64,000 nt of DNA, taken from positions 77,285 to 141,284 of the IMG/VR virus record IMGVR_UViG_3300023094_000009; one strand, given 5' to 3'. Positions 1 to 7,800 of the stretch are shown in pieces (the first letter of the stretch is position 1; the number at the start of each line of letters is the position of its first letter). Both the position numbers and the translations under genes were made by a program. The DNA is from a virus. The notes beneath the pieces are model-generated. The model made no database searches, had not been told where the DNA came from, and saw only the letters and a program-made list of their open reading frames with translations.

Positions 1-2265
1 TATTTGTTCAGTTGTTTTTTCTGGGTCTATGTTTCTTAATACTTCCTGTACATTGTGTTGATTAAATTCTTTTTCTAGGTCTTCTCTCTTTGCTTGGGGT
101 CTTAGCCTTTGAAGGATGTCGAGTTGATTTGTTAGCCTGTTATCCTCCATCAATTGCCTGTCCACACCATCTTCAAAATAGTAGGTAGCATTTCCCTTTT
201 CATCACGCGCAATGATACTTTTCTCAAACCTTCTCCAATTCTGTGCTTCATAGGATGTAGTGTAACCTTGAACCACATTCTTAAACATGGAAGAAGTTTG
301 GGTGTACATATCCTGAATAAACTTACCCAAAATCCCTAAGAAAGGACTTGCGCTCTGACTTAAAGGAGAAAACAATTTATGGAAAAATCCTACATCCTTG
401 CTCACAGCATCCAGATTATTTATGGTATTCTGTTTTTCCTGTTCAGACATGGTGGAATTATCAAGAAGATCATTCACCACTTCATCAGATACACCTGCCT
501 TACTTTCGTCCATTTCGATCTGCATAGTACCCATACGGCTCAAGATGTCATTGATATCCCTAACTACTGAATCAGCAGATTTCTTCTCGTTTGTCGTATT
601 AAATTCAGTTTGTTCTGCCCACCTTCTTAGTTCATTCAAGACTTGTGGGATATTGGTGTTATAAGCTTCAAAAATAGTGTAGTCCATTAGAGACATACCA
701 TTTGTTGGGATTCCGTTTGAAGTGGTAGTTTGGTTATCCTTATTTAAAATGTTGAGATTAGCTTTGATTGTGGAGTTTAGGCTATTTATGTTTTCGAGCT
801 TTGTCAGATTAGAAGAATCCTCTTCAACTCTTTCCAAAGTACCTATTAGATCTCCTGCGTTATGTTTCTTGAAGGTTTGCTGAATTTTATTCAACTCATT
901 AAATCCTTTATTTATGTCGCTGGCAATTTTATCATTAACAGTCAAGGAAAAATAAACATCATCCCCCAAATTAGATTCAGAGAAATTTGTATAATTTTCA
1001 TTGAGAATGTCTTTCCTTATGTTATTTACAAGATTGTTCAGAACGCTCTTATGTCTTTGAGTAAATCTGCTTGAAATGAAATCCAAAAATCTCTGCCACA
1101 ATGTTGCAACTTCGGACGTGAAAACATCTTCCTGAATGCTACGAGCCAAAACTTTCCCAAGAATCTCTTTTCTTACCTTGTTTTCAAGTTCAATCCCTGA
1201 ATACTCATCTGAATACTTGTTTCTGTAAACTTCTGCCCAATCCCTGTATTCTTGAGTGTCTTCCACCTCCATCATGGCAGATATGATAGAAGCCTGATCA
1301 TTGTAAGCTTCAACTGCTAGGTGGGCAACTTCCTCTGTAATGACATCTTGGATATTGACACCTTCTGCCAAAGCAACCACACGATTGCTTAAATCAATAA
1401 GTCCTGCTACATCTGTATCTTGTCCATGTCTCACAGTAAATGAGGCTCTATAATTATCCATAGTTGTTATGGAGATACCTAGAGAAGATAGGAAATTTAT
1501 CAGCTTAACTGTGTTCAGTTTGTTTTTAGGCGCGTTTGTGTTGTCTCTTATCTGATCAAATGTACGTGTCAGTAAGTCATTGGCTCGAAGATACAAGTCC
1601 TCTTTGTAGAGTACATCATCACGCTCCAATACTTTTTTAAGTTCAGTCTTGGAAACAACTTCAATCCCGCCATCTCTAGTGTAAACTGAAACGTAATCAG
1701 AAACAGGGTTTTCAATTGTAATGCTTCCGTCCTGTTCTACCATCACGTAGTTACCCAAAACTGAAGAAGCTTCATCTTGAAAAACTCGTGCCATCAAAAC
1801 TTTATCACGTACATAGTTTCCCTTACCCATCATTTTACCTTGGGTAAGTTTGTCTTCAATAACACCTTTTGCTATTTGGGAAGTGATGAATTTGTTGGTG
1901 GGGGTAAGCGATGTATTGAAAGTAGCTACACGTAAGAAACTGTTGTCTTGTGGATTAACAAAACCCAAGTCAAGTCGCCCTTCATTACCTGCAATAATAA
2001 TGTCTTCCAGATCTTCCAGAGTATTACCTTTCAAGTCTCTGAAATAAATCTTAGGCTCTCCTGTTGGGTAAGTGTTTGCACTTCCTGAATTATACAGAGC
2101 TTTCACTTCATCCGAATACGCATTGGAATATATTTGAAGAGCTATTTCAGGCGAATTGAAATAGATGTTGGAATTGATTGCTTCAAACAATTGGGATTCT
2201 TGTCCATCTTCTGTTTGTACAGAAATTATTTGACCTTGATTATTTCTTTCTACTCGACACGCCAT
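1..2265 (-). CDS. Giant virion cargo (ejected) protein, 3' end outside window; zincin-like domain
   Basis: Not in the ORF track. Hand translation from ATG 2265 (MACRVERNNQGQIISVQTEDGQESQLF...) gives 755 codons with no stop to the window edge. Contains TEEVAHLAVE (EEVAH at 1321-1335) and downstream KEILGKVLA, a zincin-like EExxH...E signature of crAss-like giant proteins. Confidence 0.8.
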   Translation of the reverse strand, partial: MACRVERNNQGQIISVQTEDGQESQLFEAINSNIYFNSPEIALQIYSNAYSDEVKALYNSGSANTYPTGEPKIYFRDLKGNTLEDLEDIIIAGNEGRLDLGFVNPQDNSFLRVATFNTSLTPTNKFITSQIAKGVIEDKLTQGKMMGKGNYVRDKVLMARVFQDEASSVLGNYVMVEQDGSITIENPVSDYVSVYTRDGGIEVVSKTELKKVLERDDVLYKEDLYLRANDLLTRTFDQIRDNTNAPKNKLNTVKLINFLSSLGISITTMDNYRASFTVRHGQDTDVAGLIDLSNRVVALAEGVNIQDVITEEVAHLAVEAYNDQASIISAMMEVEDTQEYRDWAEVYRNKYSDEYSGIELENKVRKEILGKVLARSIQEDVFTSEVATLWQRFLDFISSRFTQRHKSVLNNLVNNIRKDILNENYTNFSESNLGDDVYFSLTVNDKIASDINKGFNELNKIQQTFKKHNAGDLIGTLERVEEDSSNLTKLENINSLNSTIKANLNILNKDNQTTTSNGIPTNGMSLMDYTIFEAYNTNIPQVLNELRRWAEQTEFNTTNEKKSADSVVRDINDILSRMGTMQIEMDESKAGVSDEVVNDLLDNSTMSEQEKQNTINNLDAVSKDVGFFHKLFSPLSQSASPFLGILGKFIQDMYTQTSSMFKNVVQGYTTSYEAQNWRRFEKSIIARDEKGNATYYFEDGVDRQLMEDNRLTNQLDILQRLRPQAKREDLEKEFNQHNVQEVLRNIDPEKTTEQI

Positions 2266-2268
2266 CTG

Positions 2269-2655
2269 TTATAAATTATTTGCGATTGCCAGAACTTCTG
2301 CTTCTGTTTTTCTTGTGATTATTTTTACTTTTGCGCCGATTTTGGCGTTGTCCTCGTCTACTGTACTGAACAAGTTTCCACAAACTTTCCTTATTTCGTA
2401 TTTTGGCATGTTTGTTGTTTTAGAGAATCCCTTTTCGCGGATTATCCGGTATTTTAGATTCAATTTACCTATGGAAATAACTTCGCCTTTATTGAGGAAA
2501 GTCTTTAAGGTAATCACCCACTTTCCCTTTTCTAAATCCATTTCCTCTGCAACGTAAGTAATGTTCAAGCCAACTCTGCTGTCAACTAAAACGGTACGAG
2601 ATGGGTAATAGTTCCCAGTGTAAACAATTACAGGATCTTTTTTACATTCTTCCAT
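2269..2655 (-). CDS. Hypothetical protein (128 aa)
   Basis: Fills the gap between cargo genes; TAAATTTG promoter box 7 nt upstream. Confidence 0.65.
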   Translation of the reverse strand: MEECKKDPVIVYTGNYYPSRTVLVDSRVGLNITYVAEEMDLEKGKWVITLKTFLNKGEVISIGKLNLKYRIIREKGFSKTTNMPKYEIRKVCGNLFSTVDEDNAKIGAKVKIITRKTEAEVLAIANNL

Positions 2656-2662
2656 TTGTTTG

Positions 2663-2670
2663 CAAATTTA
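2663..2670 (-). promoter_or_regulatory. Bacteroidota -7 promoter box TAAATTTG
   Basis: Matches TAnnTTTG consensus; intergenic, just upstream of ATG 2655. Confidence 0.6.
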
Positions 2671-2685
2671 ATGAAATTAATTGAA

Positions 2686-4851
2686 TTACAATGCACATTC
2701 GTTGAATTCTTTTTGGATATTTTCTAATTCCGATTGAGGGTACAAATTGGTCATCTCTAAATTCGTGTCATTAACTGATTGCTTTGTGGTGACTTCTAAT
2801 GTCTCCATATTCACTTCTTGTGGAAGGATAGGCTCAATACTCCTGACAGCTGAATTCAGTTTTTGTTCTGCTCGGTTTCTGTTGAAAGAGAAATTTGTAT
2901 TTGTGTCGAAATAAACATTATTTTCCTCGACTCTGATTTGACCATAGATAGAGCCATCCACTGAATCCAAAAGTTTTCGGTAAATATTCTCTCCTGTTCT
3001 CAGGTACAAGTCTGTATTTGGAGCTGTTATAATGAACTCTTCATCTGAAATAAAATTACCCATCTGCAACTCCTTTACAGAATCTGGGTTATTTAAAGCT
3101 TCTAAATCTTCATTAATGTAGTCGTCTGTCTCTGTCAAAGTCTTGATTATTCCCTCTTTCTTTAGCTTTGCGTAATCTCTCAACTCTTTTTCAAAGCGGA
3201 TTCCTGTTACATCGACATTTGGATTACTTAAAGTTATGTCTGCATCTGTTATTGAAAAATATTTCAATATTTTATTGTAGACAGGTGTGTTGTTTGACTT
3301 CTGCTCCAATTGGTAAGCATAAAAATCAGATACGAATTCTGTTTTAAGATATTCAGGATTCTCCGCAAAGCTGGCTTGATTTGTACCTAAAGGAGAGTGG
3401 TCAAAAATAACTTGATAAAGAGAGATTTCTTCACCAAAACTGGAATCAAAGCCTATTTCTCTTGACTGTATAAACCTTCTTATTCCCTCTCTTGTGAATA
3501 TTTCGTTTTCTGCAAGTTTTAGGTTTTCTGTGTCAAAATACTTTGGATCAATATTAATGGTGTTTTCAAGGTATGCCCTATAAACTGCATCATAAAGATT
3601 TTCCAGTGAAGTTCTTTGAACTCTTTGATATAGTCCTGAGTTGTCAATTCTTATTAGTCCTGAATTTTCGAATAGCGCATCCTCACTAAAGTTTGTATCT
3701 ACCCTTACAATGTTCAGGGGTTTGTATTTTTCTGGAAGTGTTTCAAGTACGCTGTTCATAGGAGGTACTATCAGGGAATCTTTAATTAAGGAAAAGCTGT
3801 TAATATTTTCGTCCACCGGATTATTCAGCATACCAACTGTTGATCTTACCAAGTCAATTACTCCTTGCCTGTTTGAAAAGTTTTGTTCTATTCCTACTAC
3901 ATCAACATTGTATTGGAGGAGTTCACTTGTAGTTTCTTTTAACAGTTTTTTAATTGCCGACTTTTTATCATCCCAAACTTCCTCTTCAATGCTCTCTAGG
4001 AAATCTAGAGTTTCCTCTAATTCAACCGTATCTACATTTGCCAGAATAGTATTTCTTGTTGTGGTGAAGGTAGAAAGATTCCTTGAAGTGAATGTATTCC
4101 CATCAAAAAATAAGACAGGTACGTTAGTCTTGTCTTGAAGATAGTTAGTGATGCGATTGATAAAACTGCTTGAATCCAGTAACGCTGAAAACGCTGAATC
4201 AGCAATTGCTTTAACTAAAGAAGGCTTGGAAAAATCTCCATTAGCTGTATCAGAAATTGTTTTTATAATGTCTTGTTCATTGACAAAAGGAAATGTTCCA
4301 AATATTGTTTTTTCGGCTTCTGTGTCCTTGAACTTTGTGGTAGAAGTGAAGATTCGTGTATTGTCTGAAAATACATCAAAGTCCAGATTATAAACATTCA
4401 TTCTGGCAAGCAGATCCCTCATCTTATTAGGGTTGAGTGCTTCAATTTCTTCTTGTGAATAAATCCCACTTTTCAGGAGTCTTTTCTCATCAATTTCAAA
4501 GTACCCGTTAGGTTGGAACAGGGAGTTCATTCTTGTTGTCAAAGTGAATAAACTATCCATGCCCAAATCATTCATCATCATTCTTGATTGCTGAAGCTCA
4601 GATTCGGATAGAGTTTGAGTATTGTCAAAGTTGTCAATGTAACGTAGAACTTCTTCTACGCTTGGTATCATATCATCACCAAACATTTCACTCCACCCAT
4701 CCGTCTGAGTAACTGCCCATATTCTGAGAGCTTGGTCTGTGTCGCCAGTGAAGTCTAATGCTTGTTGGTATAAAGGAGAAATGGAGCCTTCCATATCAAA
4801 TACAGAAACAGCTCCATTAGTATTTACAACTCGACAACTTTTTATCATCAT
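2686..4851 (-). CDS. Virion cargo protein (721 aa)
   Basis: Long acidic ORF coupled to the upstream gene (ATGA overlap); N-terminal domain resembles that of the 1-2265 protein. Confidence 0.75.
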   Translation of the reverse strand: MMIKSCRVVNTNGAVSVFDMEGSISPLYQQALDFTGDTDQALRIWAVTQTDGWSEMFGDDMIPSVEEVLRYIDNFDNTQTLSESELQQSRMMMNDLGMDSLFTLTTRMNSLFQPNGYFEIDEKRLLKSGIYSQEEIEALNPNKMRDLLARMNVYNLDFDVFSDNTRIFTSTTKFKDTEAEKTIFGTFPFVNEQDIIKTISDTANGDFSKPSLVKAIADSAFSALLDSSSFINRITNYLQDKTNVPVLFFDGNTFTSRNLSTFTTTRNTILANVDTVELEETLDFLESIEEEVWDDKKSAIKKLLKETTSELLQYNVDVVGIEQNFSNRQGVIDLVRSTVGMLNNPVDENINSFSLIKDSLIVPPMNSVLETLPEKYKPLNIVRVDTNFSEDALFENSGLIRIDNSGLYQRVQRTSLENLYDAVYRAYLENTINIDPKYFDTENLKLAENEIFTREGIRRFIQSREIGFDSSFGEEISLYQVIFDHSPLGTNQASFAENPEYLKTEFVSDFYAYQLEQKSNNTPVYNKILKYFSITDADITLSNPNVDVTGIRFEKELRDYAKLKKEGIIKTLTETDDYINEDLEALNNPDSVKELQMGNFISDEEFIITAPNTDLYLRTGENIYRKLLDSVDGSIYGQIRVEENNVYFDTNTNFSFNRNRAEQKLNSAVRSIEPILPQEVNMETLEVTTKQSVNDTNLEMTNLYPQSELENIQKEFNECAL

Positions 4852-7800
4852 TTACAAAAATTGAAATTTTTAAGTCCTGCTTTTTCATTTACAGTGTTGA
4901 CTGCTGATTGTGTTGCTGACTTTTTCTTTTTATCCTGTGTTTCGGGCGTTTCCTCGATAACAGTTTCAATTGAAGCCAAGTCAAACTTGATTTTAGGACT
5001 TACAAAAGGGGCAGACATGTCCAGACTTATTGTTACATTTCCTATCAACGCCTCTGCAATGGAAGTTCTAGAATCATTCCACCCATCTACACTGCTAAGA
5101 TACTGCTTTTCGCTCAATTGGGAAAATAAGTTGTCAAAAGCTTCACTGCTCAATCCGTTGCCTAAATCAATGAAGGCATTCCCTGTCTGTGTTACATCTA
5201 TTCCAGCTCTGGCTAAAATTGAATTAAGTCGTATGGCTTTCTCTGATCCTTCCAAAGTCTCATTGTTGAACAACCCTTGGAATTCATTCAAATCAATTGG
5301 AGAAGCATTCCTAGACACTCTCACAGGGAAAGCAATATGTTTCACTCCTTGACGGATAATGACAACAGGTGTTTTTGAACTTCTGTTTGCAATAACTGCT
5401 GTGTTGATGAAAGTCTTGTCTATACTGTCAATGCTTGTTCTAGTGTAAAGCTTTCCATTCTGTACATAACCAATATCAGCAATCTTGTCTAGGTCTTGCT
5501 CCCTGATTGGTCTTGATTGTCTTAGAACCACATCTTCATCAATGATTGTATTGAAGTTAGGAAGTCCTGCATAGACGTTTTTAACCTTGATTGTGTATTC
5601 AGAAGGGGTTTCGTTATTGTTCAATATTAAGCTCATAAGAAAAGCATCATCGTTTGCAATTTCCCTTCTTAGAGATGCAAACTTTGAATCATCGCCCTTG
5701 AATCTTCCTGTATCGTCTCCTTTTGTTCCTTTCAATACTTGAACGTTGGCTGTATCTGCATTCATTGCTGTTATTCTCAGCTCTGTTGCAATTCTTGTCC
5801 TTAGTTCAGGAGAGATTCTTAAAGTTGTCGATTGGCTTTCCTTTGCCTCAATCGTGTTTTCTGCTTTCTCCCTGATTGTCGCCGTCAAATCCCTTACTTG
5901 TTGCGTCTTCTTGTTTATCTTGGATTGGTTTGCTGTTGTCTTTGGAAGATTGTTCAGACTAAGAAGTTCAGCTTGTAATTTTATTACAGTTTTGTTTTTA
6001 TTAAGGTTTTTCTGGAATTCCAGTTCTATTGCGTTCTCTCTCTGCTCATCCGTTATGATACTATTTGCATTCTCTCTGATTATGGCATCAAAGATAGACC
6101 TATTCCAATCATTGTTTGGATCAACAGCTAGTGTGAGGATCTCTCCGTCCCTTACATTGAAAACATCTTCCCTGCTTATATCATTATCGTAATCTGAATT
6201 GAGCGGAACCCAAGATTGAACTCCATCCATGGAAGTTACACTTTTCCTGATCATGGAATAGTAGGTGGAAGTTTCATCCACTGAGCTGGACGTTATCCGA
6301 ATTTTACCTGCCTGATTTATCCTGTCCACAATTTCTCTTGTAATCTTGAAAGCTTTGGTTACAGGATCTTCTTCAACTTCCGTTTCCAGAATTTCCACTC
6401 CGGTTAATGCTATGAAGGCATCTAAAGTGTAGTTGTGAATACTTGTCAATACCACTCCATTCTCTAAAACTTCTTGTGAAACTGCTACTTCATAGTTCTG
6501 CCCAACAGCTAGATTCCTGTTTTGGGATTTATTGACTATTCGTGCATCTTCAATCACTTCTTCGTCTGTTGCTTCTACTACATCAGGAGCGAAATCCACA
6601 GGACTGTTTTCAAGAGCGACCAATTGTTTTATCAAGTCTGAAAGTTCAAGCTGATCCCTTGTTGTACCTAAAATAGATATCCACTGATTAACTTGATTCT
6701 CTAGAGTTTCAAATTCATCCTGTTCGTCCAGAGTTAATGTTCCTTGATTTACTCTTTTCTTTAGTAGCTTTAGATAGCTTTTATACCCTTCACTTTCCAA
6801 GAATTTAAAAGGAGTTCTGAGGTCATTGTTTTCAGTTTCTTTTGCTTCGATTTCTTGTCTTCTGCTCTCAATTTCACTTTCGGTGTTAATTGGAACTACG
6901 CTGTCAACTACCTCTACAACTTCTGAATTTGTGAATAACTCAACCATTTTAGGGTTGGCTCTAAATTCACTTCCATTTCTATCCATTACAATAGTATCAC
7001 CATCAATAGCTGTCACTGTTGAGATCCTACCAGTGACATCTCTTAGAGTCTGTCCAACTTGAACTTCACTTGCATTTTCAATAGCTTGAGGTTGTCCTAT
7101 TTGTGTTATCTCAAATGTGGCACTCCTTCCATCACGGCTAACCTCTGTCAATAAACCTTTATCAACTGCTCTTTGGTGCATTGCTTGTGCTCCATCTCCT
7201 GCCGAAACTGTAGAAATGGTTGTCACGCCTTGATTACTCATAAGCTCAATCAGAGCTTCAAACATAATGCTTCCAGAGCCTTGACCCACTTCATTGGCTG
7301 AAATACCGTCAATCCTGAATTCTGTTGGAGAAATTAGTACTCCCGAAAGAAGTCCCAATTCATTCCTGAACTCATACAATGTGCCATCTTCTACTTCTGT
7401 GGTTATTGGTTCTCCTAGAATATTAGATTGCTCCTCGTCTACTTGAGGAGTTACTATTCCATTTTCAATGTCAGAAATCTCTTTCTGCAATTCCTCTATT
7501 CGAGATTGGTTTTCTCGTATTTTTCTTAAATTTTCGAGCGTAGGCTTGTTTGTAATTATATCAATTTCGTTGGTGATATCTTCAATAAGACTGCTTAATT
7601 CCTCAATGTTGTTAATTGCGATTCGTGCATTTGTTGGTGCAGATTCTATGCTGTCACCTGTATCCTCTATAGTAACTTCTTCTAATGGTAAAATTGCTTG
7701 TTGGCTTTCTTCTACCCGTCTTTGTATTGCATCATAAGCAAACTGTGCACGAAGCATTGACTCAATCTTGAATTTTTCCCTTTCAGACAAGTCCGTGTTT

